Of a stretch of DNA of 64,000 nucleotides, positions 26,299-40,174 are shown in pieces (position 1 is the first letter of the stretch; each line of letters starts with the position of its first letter). The stretch is from Eledone cirrhosa (taxonomy: Eukaryota): the NCBI GenBank assembly GCA_964016885.1, contig OZ024740.1:112406001-112470000 (forward strand), written 5' to 3'. The notes under the pieces were generated by a model, which ran no database searches, was not told the origin of the DNA, and saw only the letters and a program-made list of their open reading frames with translations. A program made the translations under genes and the position numbers.

Positions 26299-26370
<72 letters not shown>

Positions 26371-26414
26371 GCGTTAACCTAAAATATCCCTTCCATATGC
26401 TGTACCGATATGCA

Positions 26415-26451
<37 letters not shown>

Positions 26452-26542
26452 CATATGTATATATACACACGCAGCCAGAGCTGAACTTCCATTTGTGTAT
26501 ATATATATATACATACATACAGAGAGGGAGAGATGTACACAT

Positions 26543-26580
<38 letters not shown>

Positions 26581-28303
26581 ATAGACTAAAAGGCCAGAGA
26601 GTTAGTTGGTGAAATAGGTAGAGAGATATAATGGAAGTTAGGTTCATAGAAAGAAAGAGAGAGAGAGGGGGAGGCAGGAAGGGAGTAAGAGAGGAAAGGA
26701 GAGAGGTGAATAAAATGTTTAAACTGGATTGACAAGTTTTCTGTAGGTAATAAATAGAATTAGGAGCTCCAGTGGCCAGTAAGGACAGAGAAGACCAATA
26801 AATTGGTCCCAAAATGCCATTTGCAACTGTTTTCCTAGTAGAGTGACTTGTTGATTTCTTGTTCATGTATTTTCTTGGGGGATAAAAAAACCCATGCTTG
26901 GTGGTGTGGTTAAAGAGTTCACTTTGTAACTACATGGTTTGCAGTTCAGTCATGCTATTTTGCACCGTGGGCAAGTATTTTTACTATAGCATTGGGTTGA
27001 CCCATGCTTTGTGAGTGAAATTTGGTTGGTGGAAAGTGTACAGAAGCCTGCAGAAACCTATTAAATGTATATATCATCATCAACATTTAACATACGTTTT
27101 TCCATGCTAGCATTGTTTGGGTGAGTCATCATGAACCAAGTCAGTATTTAATCGGCATTACTCTCCTTTCACCAAGGGGCCAGAGTCTTACATCTTGCTT
27201 ACATTCTAGTTTTAGTATGGGTGCCCTTTCTATCTCCTACTACTTTACAGTGTTTCTTTGAAACAAAACAGCCATTTTATTTAAAACAGCCATCTTATTT
27301 AAAATTAAATTTTCCACATAATTTCATATATAAACCTTTTGTTAAGTTATGTTGCAAATATCTTTACTCTTAATATTCTGTATTACACAAAACGTTATTA
27401 CCAAGACATTCTTCAAAAGTACAAAACAGTTATGTCTGCATTACATTATTAGTCTTTAGTTTACAATAAATTTTTACAATGATCTGCCCATGTATATAGT
27501 AAAGATACTATAAACATTTTCATCAACAAACCAATTTTTTTAATATTTTCTGCTAAATCATTAGATAATGTTAAATGTTGATAATGATATAATCAATAAT
27601 TTTAGTAAATCTTTCCAAATTGTAAATTAATTAAAATACTGTGTATGTTATGGAGGTGAGGCGGTGGCAAAATTGGTGGTAGTAGAGGTAATGAAATTAA
27701 TCATAATGATGAAGTTCTGTTAATTTGTGCGTGTCTCCGTATTTCTAATGAAATACCCTGCCTAAGGTTCTAAAATAATTTTGAAAATAATCAAGAGATT
27801 TTAGTGAAGTAACTGACTTTGTCTTTATTAAGTTGGTGTTTGGAACATAGTTTAACAAACATCCTTATATAAAATTCTGGTGGAAGTTTTTAGATAAATA
27901 TATACTTTAAAATAAACAGCATTGTATTGTAGAACAAGGGACAGTTTCAGACAGTTAAGTGTCAAACATGACTGTGTGGTTAAGGATTTCTCTTTGCAAC
28001 TACATGTATGTCTCCTACATTAGCCACTGATTCATTAATGCTTTGTTAGTGTAATTTGGTAGAGAGAAATTACAAAAGCCCGTCATGTGTGTGTTGTGTT
28101 TATGTCCCATAAATTATTGGCTTGAAAGAAAATTGAGATTGCTAGAATATTTACCAGACTTATAAAAAATAAGTATAAGGAGTTGATATGATCAACTAGA
28201 TCAAAGCAGTGCCTCAGCTATTTTCCTATTACCCACTCTATTACCCTAAGTATTGAGTACAATTGTACATTATGGTCCACCTGATATCTTACCACACCCT
28301 CTT

Positions 28304-28358
<55 letters not shown>

Positions 28359-28407
28359 TATATATGTGTTATGTTATAATAATGGCATGACTGAATATGT
28401 TTTTCAG

Positions 28408-28549
28408 ATTATATCAACCTTCTTCACGACGTCCCGTAGCCTTCTCACCAAGTGCTGATATGGGATTAACGGATATCGAAATGGCACATGCGTATGAATT
28501 TGAAGAGTCATATTTTGATGATGATCGGGCATATGATATGGAGTATGAG
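28408..28549 (+). CDS. Candidate host exon (142 bp), product unidentified: LYQPSSRRPVAFSPSADMGLTDIEMAHAYEFEESYFDDDRAYDMEYE
   Basis: TTTTTCAG acceptor ending 28407, GAG|GTTAGT donor at 28550; complex non-repetitive open frame; in-frame ATG at 28460 could be the start. Confidence 0.6.
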
Positions 28550-29156
28550 GTTAGTAGTTTAGTTATCATTTTGGTTAATTTTTTTAATGTTTGTGGTGGC
28601 TGTTTTTTTAAGGAAGGAGCAGATACTGTTTATGCAAACAGCTTCAGTTGAAAGCTGTTGTTCATACATACACATACACATGCACACAAACACACACATG
28701 CATTCAAAATTACAAATGTACACATAAACATGCAAACACAAACTTACACATACATACAGACACACACAAATACATTATCTCACAACCATGCACATGGACA
28801 CACACATCATATGGAAATATGCACCAAAATACATACACATAAACACATCCACACCAATGCATACACCATCAAACACACACACAGATGCACACAAACATAC
28901 ATCACTGTATTGTGGTATATACATCATTACTTGCCTCTGAAAACTAAATATTGTGCAACTCCAATTTAATTAATACTAATTAGAATATCCAGTTGTAAAT
29001 CACCCTTTTTTTTTAATTTTATTTTTATTTGTTTATTTATTTATTTTGAAAGGCTGAGTCAGATGAAGGAAGGGCAACATCCATTAATTATTATTTCAGG
29101 TCTTCTGAGATTGTCGAGTATTGATGGGGAATAGGAAAAATTATCCTCAAATCGGA

Positions 29157-29580
29157 ATCATCATCATCATCATTTTAACATCCACTTCTCCTGCTAGCAA
29201 AGGTTGGATGGGTTTACATAGGCCAAGTCAGTACTGAAGTAGAGCTACTGATCTCCCAGACAGGCCAGGGTCTGTATCTCTCTTATATATGTGGTCTCAT
29301 ATTGCACTGAGTGAACAAGAGAAGTTATCATGGCTTTAACACAACTGAGGTTCCTCCCAACCCTTTGTTTGGCAAGCTTTCTATGGCTTCATGCCATTCC
29401 TATCACCAACTACTTTACAGCTTGTACTGAGTGCATTTATCATGTAGATCACCAACAGTAGAGAGGATGTCATGCCCTTGTCATGACTGAGGCGTCCTCC
29501 CAGCACTTTGTATGGCAGGCTTTCTATGGCTGGATGCTCTTCCTATCACCAACCACTTTACTGCATGTACTAGAACATTT
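29157..29580 (-). mobile_element. Old RTE-tailed repeat; homologous inverted copy at 42400-42790
   Basis: Shared CCAAGTCAGTACTGAAG, AGAGAAGTTATCATG and TGTTTGG(C/T)AAGCTTTC blocks and (CAT)n tail. Confidence 0.7.
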
Positions 29581-30140
29581 GCAACAGAATAAAATCAACT
29601 AAAACATTTAATGGTGCTACCTATTTTGATAATAACCTGTCTGAAACTGCATCTGGTTCTATGCTATACAAAACCTATTTTAAAGTGTATATAAAACTTC
29701 CACCATAATTCAATGTAAGAATCTCTAAGTTATGCTCCAAACACCAGCTTAACTCTTTTATTACTAAACTGACTGGGATTGCCTTTTTTTCTACTTTACA
29801 AAGTGATTTATTTTTAAATGTTTATATTTATCTAAAACCTTTCCATCATAAATTTATGTGAGAACCTTTAAATTATACTCCAAACACCAAATAAAAATGC
29901 AGAAGTTACTTATATTATTAAATCCACCCAAATTTTTTATGATTTTCAAAATGATTTGAATATTATAGGCAGTATCTTTCATTAGAGATATGGTAACAAA
30001 ATTGTGATGTATTAGTTGGTTTAAGTTTCTTGAAATTGCATAAATGTGAGATCATCCTACAGTAGGAATGGGGGCAGGGTGGGGGAGAATAGCTGAATGA
30101 ATGGGTGGTAAAATGACTAGAAAGCACAAATAACATTTAA

Positions 30141-30374
30141 CCCTTTTGATTCCAACCCATCCAAAATTCCCTTAGGTTCTATGGAACAAAACCACCTACT
30201 TCAAAAGGTTCCTATTTAAATTTAAATCTTCAACATAATTTTATATGAGAATTGTTTGTTATGTTACAAATAACATCGTAATAAACAAAATTATAATTTT
30301 AGTAAATCCCTCCAAATTCTTCATTAATTTTCACAAATACAGTTTATTTCATTTGAAATAAAGTAATGAAAGGA
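30141..30374. mobile_element. piggyBac-like MITE P2
   Basis: TTAA-CCCTTTTGAT ... GTAATGAAAGGA-TTAA. Confidence 0.7.
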
Positions 30375-31350
30375 TTAATTTTCAACCTGAACATTATTAC
30401 CCTTCCAGCTTATGAAACAGGTTTAATAGCAATATTTTACAACTGAGATAGAATGAATTAAGTAGAATAGAAGGGCTTGCTTAAGGCTAATTAAACTCAT
30501 GACTGAAACCATTACAGCTCCTTCAAAACCATGTTTCAAATACATACCTAATAGAAGTAAGATCTTTAATTAACTTGAAGCATTGTTGTTCCACTGTTAT
30601 AAAACCAGGAAACTAATTAAATTCACTTGATTGAAGATAAATTTGAAGAAAAATATATTTATTTATTTGTTTATTCAATATTTCCACTTTAATAAAACCA
30701 AATCTTGAAGTGAAAAATGTTACATAATCAGTAAACATTGTTGCAAGCATACCTGTGTGGTTGAGGTGTTTGCTTTGCAACCACAGGGCTTCAAGATCAG
30801 ACCCACAGTGTGGCATCAGGGGCATATTTGACACAGTAAACAAAAACTGGTTTCTGGTAGACAGAAACTGTGGAAGATTGTGTGTGTCTGTGTTTTATGA
30901 CTTGGTGGTTTGACAATAAAAGATCAATAAAACAAGTACCAGACTTGAGAAAAAGTATGTACAGAGGTGCTATAATCGAATAGAGTGGCCCAGCATGGTT
31001 GCAGTGTAATTACTGAAACCAGTAAAAGAGTAAGAGAATGGTAAATAAGTAAAGTACAGCCATTTTGGCATGTGTAATGTTAGGATACAGCTTTGCTATG
31101 TGTTTCGCTATGGGGACTTAGCTTAGCAACAAAGATGTGTGGCTGGTGATATTCCACATCAAACTACAATAATCATGTGTTGAAATGAGATTAGCTGATG
31201 CCAATCATTCATCTGTTAATGAAGATAATTAATAAATATTACTTTTTCAACTCTTTTAATACCAAACTCCCAAAAACTTCCCTAGCAGTTTATTTTCAAA
31301 TGTACATATTTAAATTGAAACATTCCATCATTATTTTTATGTATGAATTA

Positions 31351-31537
31351 GGGTGGTGGATTGGCAGTATCGGTAGAGGTTCGGACGCCATTCTTTGACG
31401 CATAGAGTTACGGCCCTTGCCATTCTGAGTTCAAATCCCGCCGAGGTTAACTTTGCCTTTCATCCTTACGGGGTCGATAAAATAAAGTACCAGTAATGTA
31501 CTGGGTAATTTCTGGCTTTGTGCCAATAGTAGAAACA
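31351..31537 (+). mobile_element. SINE family A with 18-bp TSD, inside a decayed P2 MITE
   Basis: TSD ATTATTTTTATGTATGAA at 31330-31347 and 31538-31555. Confidence 0.95.
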
Positions 31538-33969
31538 ATTATTTTTATGTATGAAATGTTTCTTAAGACATGTTTCAAACACAGTTTAAAAATGAAAAAA
31601 TTAAAATATTTGACTAAATTCTTCTAAATTCTTGATTATTTTCTAAGATTATTTTAAAATTATAGGCAATGTTTTTCATTAGAAATATGATAAAAGAAGA
31701 GTTTAAATTTATCTAAAAACCTTCCATCCTAAGTTTATGTTAGAATCTTTAAGTTTTGTTTCAAACAAACTGAAAAATGGAAAAAATTAGTTATTTGATT
31801 TAATCCCTCAGAATTCATGTTTATTTTCAAAATTATTTGAAAATAGTAATGACAGGGTTAATATATATGTTAGCAACACTTCTGTTCTGTTAATATCATG
31901 AATGTTGATATGTGGTTAAAATGCTTGGTGTGCACCTGCATGGTTTTGTGTTCTATCCCACTGCATGGCATTTGGGGCAAGTGTCTTTTACTATGGCTTT
32001 GGGTTGACCACAGTTTTGTGAGTGGAATTTGATAAGAGAAACTGTGGATGTACACATGCTTATATATATAATAATAATAATAATAAATACAAAGACCAAA
32101 ATCTGAAGAGGGCTTGATAAGGATTGTATATATAATCCTGTAGAGCAAATATATATTATTAGTGCAGATTAAAGTTTAAGCAAAGAATTTTTGCTTTCAC
32201 TCTTTACGAGATCTGAAAATCTTCTGATTTTTGAGAAAAATCAATCTGTAGACACAGAAGTAAATATCTCAAAAAACATTACTACCAAAAGAAAACAGGA
32301 AGACATAATGGTGGTACGTAAAGACATTCTCTTGTGATGAGCAAAAAATATGAAAGCATAATTAGGTCATTATATGGAGTGAGAAGAAGAATTTCTTGCT
32401 ATGGAAAAAATCAGGTGACTAATATTCTTTTTAGAATAGCTGAAAGATTTCCAGTTACCATGTATGGAAAATGATGTTAAAAGTAAAATGATTAAACAAA
32501 AAAACTGAAGGTATTATATACATATGTATATAAATAAAAAAAAATATCCTGCATGGTTTAGATTATATAAAATGAATGAAAAACATGAGCGAAGACAACA
32601 GAAAAACAGACAAAACACAGGACAGTCCATTCTCATCATTTGACCACTGGAGGTCAACGTGGTTTTGGTGCTTTAAGGTTGATACCACTAGCTGCAGTGC
32701 ACATGGGACAGTAACAAATGAACACAAGACAAGAACAATTGGTCTTTGAACTATTTACATGTGTGTGCATGCCTATACAGATGATGTATACAGATGAAAG
32801 ATCTACAGATTGACGAGAAAACCGATAAAATGGTGCTTTCCAACAAAAATACCTTTTAGAATATTTTTTCTGCTTGCATTACACTGATGCTTTCTGGACA
32901 CTTGCACCATTGTTAATACAGTAAACTTGTGATTGACCCATTGGAAAGCTGTAACCAACAACACTCTTGTTTACATAATGTAATATAAAAACAAATACAT
33001 ATATAAGGCTATATAAAAATCTTAGCTACTGTATACATATTGCTGTTGATCAAATGTTTGATTATATTAATGTATTTTCTAATATGTATTTGTAAGGGTT
33101 GGATACTGTTATTATGTTTTATGCCTTCAATAGAGTATAGAATATAGGTGTACTAAAGTTTTTGTCAACATTTCCAATTGGGCAGTTTGCCAGTATTCAT
33201 ATTCTGCTAAGATCAAAGGTCCAGTTTTTAGACAGGTGGCTTCTCTAAGAAACTACCTGTATACAAAAATAGAGAAAAAAAATAAAATAGGCAAACATTG
33301 GCAGCAGCATCTGCCTGTTATTCAATAGAGAACATATGAATATGGTAGTTTGACCTGGTAAAGGGCATTGGGAGTGTTGCCAGGATTGAGAAGTTATGGT
33401 TCTATTCAGGCTTTCTACAGAAATATTTTTAACATTCATTATTATATGTATGTAACTATAGATTCTGAGGAGTTTTCTTAATCTGTGGTTTATAGATACA
33501 ATATGTATAGATACAATATGTATGGTTGGTTGAACCAGAGGTTGCGAAGACATGTAGCTTAGTAGTTAGTGTGCTGGGCGGCTCCTTGTGTCCTTGAGCA
33601 AGACACTTTAATCAATATTGCTCCATTCCACTCAGTTGGAAAAACAATATGTTTTGACGACACTGGTACCAAGCTATATCAGCCTTTACCTTGTCAGTAT
33701 CATGGAGAGGGGTGACATGCATTCTTGGGTTATTGTTGGTCTTCTACAAAACACCCTGTCCCAGGCTTGTTCCTTGCAGAAGCAAACTCATGGTCAGTCA
33801 GTTATGGGTGCATAACCCATCGCCAAAGTTTTCCAAGCTGTCTGTCACAACACTTTAGTGTGTTACCTACAATCTCAGTTGCAAAATCAAGTCAAATCTG
33901 ATAGTTTTTTCTGAATATTTGAGATACAACGACTTTGATTTCACGGGAATATTATTTGAGATATGACTA

Positions 33970-34183
33970 TCAGCGAATTACCATTAATCAGTAGAGCATC
34001 AAACAACATGTTACATGGCATAGGGCCTGGTCCTTTATGTTCTGAGTTCAAATCCCGCTGAGGTTAGCTTTGCCTTTCATCCTAACGAGGTCGATGAAAT
34101 AAAGTACCAGTAAGTACTGGGCGTCGATTTAATCAACTTTCCCCTCCCTTTCAATTGCTAACCTTGTGCCCAAAGTAGAAACA
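33970..34183 (+). mobile_element. Older family-A-related SINE with 13-bp TSD
   Basis: ATTATTTGAGATA at 33951-33963 and 34184-34196; B box GAGTTCAAATCCC. Confidence 0.8.
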
Positions 34184-34719
34184 ATTATTTGAGATACAAC
34201 TACACTTATGGCATGGGAAATGACATTTCATTGTTTGTCAATATTGTGTCTCTAACAACATTTTATTGATGTTTCCCAACAACTTATATTCTTAAAGAGT
34301 ATGTCATCCAATTTGGAAAGTTTGGAAAGCTCTGGGTTAAACCAATGGATTATTGTTGATCTGTAATTTGCAGATACAAAATATTTGATTGGTTAAACCA
34401 ATAGATTATTGGATTACTGATTGTGTGGGGTTTATTATACATGTTGTTTAGTTGGTTAAATCATTATATCAAGGATTATGTATGGTGTGATCTGTGGTTT
34501 ACTATACATTATACATGTTATTTAATTGGTTAAACCATTGGATTACTGGATTTCATACAAATGATGTGTGATGTTGATCTATGGATCTGTGGTCCATGAT
34601 ATTTGATTGATTAAACCAATGGATTACTAAGTTTAACTAGACCAGCAACATTAATCTTTTGAAATTTTCCTAATGTTTCCTTGATGTTGATTTTTCATTT
34701 CTCTTGACATTTCATGTGT

Positions 34720-34862
34720 GTATGTCCCTCTCTCTCTCTCTTATAAAAACAAATGTTGCGTAGGTATGTCCCTCTCTCTCTCTCTCTCTCTCTCTTATAA
34801 AAACAAATGTTGCATAGGTATGTCCCTCTCTCTCTCTCTCTCTCTCTTATAAAAACAAATGT
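34720..34862. repeat. Three tandem copies of GTATGTCC(CT)nTATAAAAACAAATGTT
   Basis: Direct inspection. Confidence 0.9.
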
Positions 34863-35484
34863 TTAGTAGTTTCACACACTGATACCATCTCTTTAACAAA
34901 AAAATGTTAACAGATTTGAAAAAGAGCCTATAACATTATGTATTATATTATTCCAAGGTATTTTTCTGATTTATTCAAGAGGAAGAGGCAGTGCCCCTGG
35001 TCCATGACCTTCATAATAATGTGGTGTTATTAATAATGATGAAAGATTTATAACCATACCCTGTACAGATGGTAGTAAAATAACCGTGATTCAACAAACC
35101 TGTTCAACTATGAACAAATTGATTATATTTGAATAGATTATTAACAAACTGATTATATTTGAATAGATTATTAACAGGGAATAAAATGCTGTGTCTATTT
35201 TCACACATACATAATTCTAATACCCTACCACATACACATATACATCACTATCTGTGTATATGTTGTTAATATAAACATATTTCTTATTATCTCTATCCAT
35301 ATGCATTTATGCACATATGTATATGATCACCTTGCATCATCATCATCATATGTCTGCTTTTTCATGGTGGCGTGGGTCGAATTGTATTTACAAACCCACA
35401 TACACACATGTGGAACTGAGTATATACATGTGCAAAATAAATATAAGATATATTAAATTATGTACACATTGAGTACAGATATGC

Positions 35485-35525
<41 letters not shown>

Positions 35526-35876
35526 CATATACATAAATCTATATGCATGTGTGTGGACATAATTATATATGAAGATAGACAGACACAGTTTTATAAATGT
35601 TTATATCATCATGCCCTCTCCTTTCAAAGAATTATTTTGCATATCTCCATAGATGCTCACTATGTGGTGCATGTTAAAATGTTCCTAAGTAGAGAGACTA
35701 GATTTCATTGTAGTATTTATATAGTAATTGCCACTGATGTTCTTTCAAACAAACAGAAACATCATCAATAAAACCTACTGCAGTAATAATGATAAAGATA
35801 ATTCTTGTTTACAACCTCTGTGTTCATTCACATATGGATGAAGGAGATGTGCGTGTATGTATATATATATGTATGT

Positions 35877-35940
<64 letters not shown>

Positions 35941-36572
35941 GTACATATATATACATGTGTGTGTGTGTGTGTTTCTTAATGTATGCCTAGCTGTGGATGT
36001 ATGTATCTGCATGCTTATGTATTTATATGTAGGTATATGTGTCTGTGAGGCGGTTGTAAATCTGTCTTTGAATTGTATTTGAGTATATGTGCATATAACT
36101 GTATGGACGTGTATGTATCTATATGGGTGTTGATGTATATATGTGCATAAGTATCTGTCTATGTATCGATAAATAAGTGCTCCCAAAAGACAGTAAATAT
36201 TAAAAAAAGAATAATAATAGATATTTGTATTCTCTTTACTTATTAATATTTCATAAAGGGCAACCTCTGACTAAGATGCTCTTTTTTATCCCATTACCTC
36301 CCCTCTTGGGAGTTCTTTGATGGTGAAAATTATGAAATATTTTTATTTACTTTCTAGCCCTCCTCCCTGTACAGTCCTAATATTTATTGTATTTTATATA
36401 TATTTTTGTATATAGTATATCACTTGTGGTTGATTTTGTTATTGTTGCTTGTATGATTTGTTTATTTACTTTCTCTTCACTCTTCATCATTATCAACATT
36501 TCAGATCTGTTAACTATTATCCTCTGGGTTTTCTATATATTTTTTCTCCTTTATCTTCTGTGATGATTGTTT

Positions 36573-36625
<53 letters not shown>

Positions 36626-36629
<4 letters not shown>

Positions 36630-36814
36630 GTTATTCCGGGTTGAATCGGAGGTAACCACAGTAAGTAAGGTACTCAATACATAGCAGAGTATAACAGTTT
36701 TAATATAGATGAGATTCTACAGGACTAGAACTGTTTCATTCATTAGAAATCATCAGATTCCTGATGATTTCTAATGAATGAAACAGTTCTAGTCCTGTAG
36801 AATCTCATCTATAT

Positions 36815-36818
<4 letters not shown>
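36626..36818. mobile_element. Fold-back Penelope-like fragment in (TA)n, 58-bp perfect inverted arms
   Basis: Arms 36699-36756 and 36761-36818, loop ATTC; (TA)n on both sides. Confidence 0.7.
36755..36805 (+). ncRNA. Putative type I hammerhead ribozyme
   Basis: Stem I AGATTC/GAATCT, core CTGATGA (36761-36767), weak stem II TTC/GAA, GAAA (36780-36783), stem III CAG/CTG, cleavage triplet GTA ending 36799. Confidence 0.6.
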
Positions 36819-36876
<58 letters not shown>

Positions 36877-37699
36877 ATATTATATATATATATATATAAG
36901 ATAGAGGAAATAGATATTAAAACGGCATTATTATAAATAAATATAGGATGAGAGGGGGGGAGGCAGGTATACTTTATTTTTCTGAAGTTTTCTCTTTCCT
37001 TTCTAATTTTTTTAAAAACCATTTTGTTTAAATATATATATATATATATATTTTTTTTTTTCAAAATACAAAAAAAAATAAAAAAACTTATTGTGATTAT
37101 TTATTGTGTATTATTTGGGTTGCAAAGGGTAAAATCATGGAAGTTTAAAAAAAAAAAAAAAATGAAACTGATTTCCAGAGGAGGTGGGGTGATTTGTGGG
37201 GGTGGTTAACAAGTCGGTAGAGATCATATTTATTTCTCATCTTTGCTGTACTAGGAGGGAACAATACTTATTATTCTTGTTGTTGTTTCATAATAATAAT
37301 AATAATTATGGTAGTAATGATGATAATAAATCTGAATATCTTTATATAATCTATTTGATTTAGATAGTTTTAGGTGTGGGGAAGAGGACAGATAAGTTGA
37401 TGGAGAGGGAAATACACACTAGCTGTGAATAAAAAAAAAATGGAAGATAAAAGACCCAAATTTGTTTATTTGCAGTTTAAACTGGTGGTGGTAATCACTG
37501 TTTTTGTTGTTATTATTACTATTATATGTATTTTAGAGATCATTATTATCACTGTTGTTGTTGTATGTCTTTGTGGCTGTCTATGCAACAGTAATCTGTG
37601 CTGCAACGTTTTAGAATTACTTTTTATAATTATTATTATCATCATCATCATCATTTTCATCATCATGTCTGTTTTCTGGCTGCCCCTGAAACAGTAATC

Positions 37700-37990
37700 T
37701 CTGCTGCAATAACAACAGCAGTAACAGTAACAGTAACAACAACAGTAGCAATGACAACAACAAAAACAACAAGAGTAACAACAGCATCAATAATAACAGT
37801 AGCAACAACATAAACAACAACAGTAGCAACAACAACAACGGCAGCAATAACAACATAAATAACAACAGTAGCAGCAACAACAACTGTAGCAAGAACAACT
37901 AGCAACAACATGAATAACAGCAGTAACAGTAAGAACAACAGTAACAACAACAACAATAGCAACAACAACAGTAGCAGCAACAAAAGCAAT
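37700..37990. repeat. (AAC/AGC/AGT)n cryptic trinucleotide repeat
   Basis: Direct inspection. Confidence 0.9.
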
Positions 37991-39214
37991 GCTGATTCTT
38001 TTAAAAATATCTAAACTGCATGTATTTGTTAGTTTTACTTTGCTAGGATAGTAGTTTTTTGTTTTTTGTTTTTTGAAGTTGATATGATTCACTTGAGTGC
38101 CATTTATATCATGATAGATAGAGAGGGAGAGAGAGTTATTGAACATTAGATCTATAGAATAGTGGAATCGTGGAAATTATGGAATGGGAGAATGGTGGAA
38201 TGGTAGATAAAGTAAGATGAAGGAATAATTTGATAAGATTCACTTGAGTGCAGTTTATGTCATGATAAGAGAGTTGTAATCAAACATTAGAACTATGGAA
38301 TAGTGGAATGGGGGAATAGTACATAAAGTTAGATCAAGGAATAATATATAGCTGAGCTTGCTGTAATTAACAAAAAAAAAAAATAATAATAATAACAACA
38401 ACAATAACAATGATAATGATAACAAAACTAATAAAAATAATAACAAAAATAAAGATGACTCCCTCCCCCCCCAAAAAAAATTATTTCTGTAAAGAGTGAA
38501 AGAAAATAAATCTGTACATCTATATATCTAAATATATGTGTGTGCATCTATGTATGTACGTGTACATATACATACATACACATGCACATGTTCAAATGCA
38601 CACACACACCGTGATTCTCTTTCATGCACTTTTTTAATCATACACACACACACACATACACACACATGCACACGCATGCAGTGATTCTCTTTCACACACA
38701 TTTTTTAAAAAAATATAGATACAAACACACACACATACAGGGATTCTCTTCCATACACATTTTTGTTAATCAAAAACACATGCACACACACGCACACACA
38801 GTGTTTTGGTATCAATGCAACAGCAGAATAAAAAAAACATTAACAAAGAATTTGCTTTTAAAGCAAAATTCGTGAAAAATTAAATTAATATAATTAGTCG
38901 ATAGGAATTTGGTAATTTTCAAAGAATTCACCAATATTTCCCAACAATTGACATTAGAATTACTAGCTATGTTAAGTAGTTAATGATTAAGTATATTATA
39001 TAGTATCATTTGAAAGGTATTATATGGGTATAATGGATAGGAGAGAAGACTGTGCAACATGATAATTGTATGGAGGGGTTAGGGGCAAGGTAGGGGAGGG
39101 GATGAATGTCTGTTGAAAAATATGTAAATATTTAATACATTCTCAAATAAAACATCATTTCAGTGCAAAACTGGAAAATGTCATGCACCAAAAATGTTTA
39201 AATATTGTGTGTTT

Positions 39215-39535
39215 GTAAAGGGTAGGGGGTAGAGACGCTCTCCGGTCATGAATGACCATGAGATTTGCACCTAGAAAGCTTAAGTTTCCCGCCAAAGTTG
39301 TTTTTGGAAGACCAGCGATTGCCCATGCATACCAGTCTCCCCTGTCCAAAGGAAAAGCAATGGCTAATACAGCTTGGCACTGGTGACATCACAACTCTTC
39401 TACAGCTGAGTAAACTGGAGCAATGTAAAATAAAGTGTCTTGCTTAAGGACACAACACATCACCCGGTCCAAGAATTAAACTTACAACCTTCCAATTGCA
39501 AGCCCAATGCTCTAACCACTAAGCCATGTGCCTTC
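39215..39535 (-). mobile_element. tRNA-derived SINE (family B head, TACCC-type tail)
   Basis: Reverse complement carries TGGCTTAGTGG A box and AGCAAGACACTTTA block; matches plus-strand copy at 60028-60254. Confidence 0.8.
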
Positions 39536-39580
39536 ACAAACACACACACACTCACACACACTCACACACACATATATATA

Positions 39581-39624
<44 letters not shown>

Positions 39625-39805
39625 AGGTGGATTGGCAGTATCGGTAGAGGGTCGGACGCCATGCTTTCCAGCATAGTTACGTCCCTTTACGATCTGAGTT
39701 CAAATCTTGCCGAGGTTGACTTTGCCTTTCATCCTTACAGGGTCGATAAAATAAAGTACCAGTAATGCACTGGGTAATTGCTGGCCTTGTGTCTAAAGTA
39801 GAAAC
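39625..39805 (+). mobile_element. SINE family A in (TA)n
   Basis: Near-identical to 10535-10718; ATTATATATA on both sides. Confidence 0.95.
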
Positions 39806-40119
39806 AATTATATATATATATATATATTTGTATATGTTTATATATATATACATATTTATATATATATTGATATATATATAATAAAAAAGGTTTACAAGCT
39901 GAAACTGCCTGAGCTTGCAGTAGGACATCTACTTCATTAATATATATATAAATATATAATTAATGGTAGCACTAAGGCAGTATGTAAGTGGTTTCTCTTA
40001 TTCTCAAAATGCACTGATAACTGTGATACCTTCATTGAGGAAAATAGAGAAACATCGAGGCTACCCATATGTTTATGTGTCTATATACACATCTATATAT
40101 ATATGCGTGTGGGTGTGTA

Positions 40120-40168
<49 letters not shown>

Positions 40169-40174
<6 letters not shown>

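Noticed and set aside
34975-35066. Minus-strand terminal exon GMVINLSSLLITPHYYEGHGPGALPLPLE
   Set aside because: Weak polypyrimidine tract, short frame, no recognisable homology or partner exons
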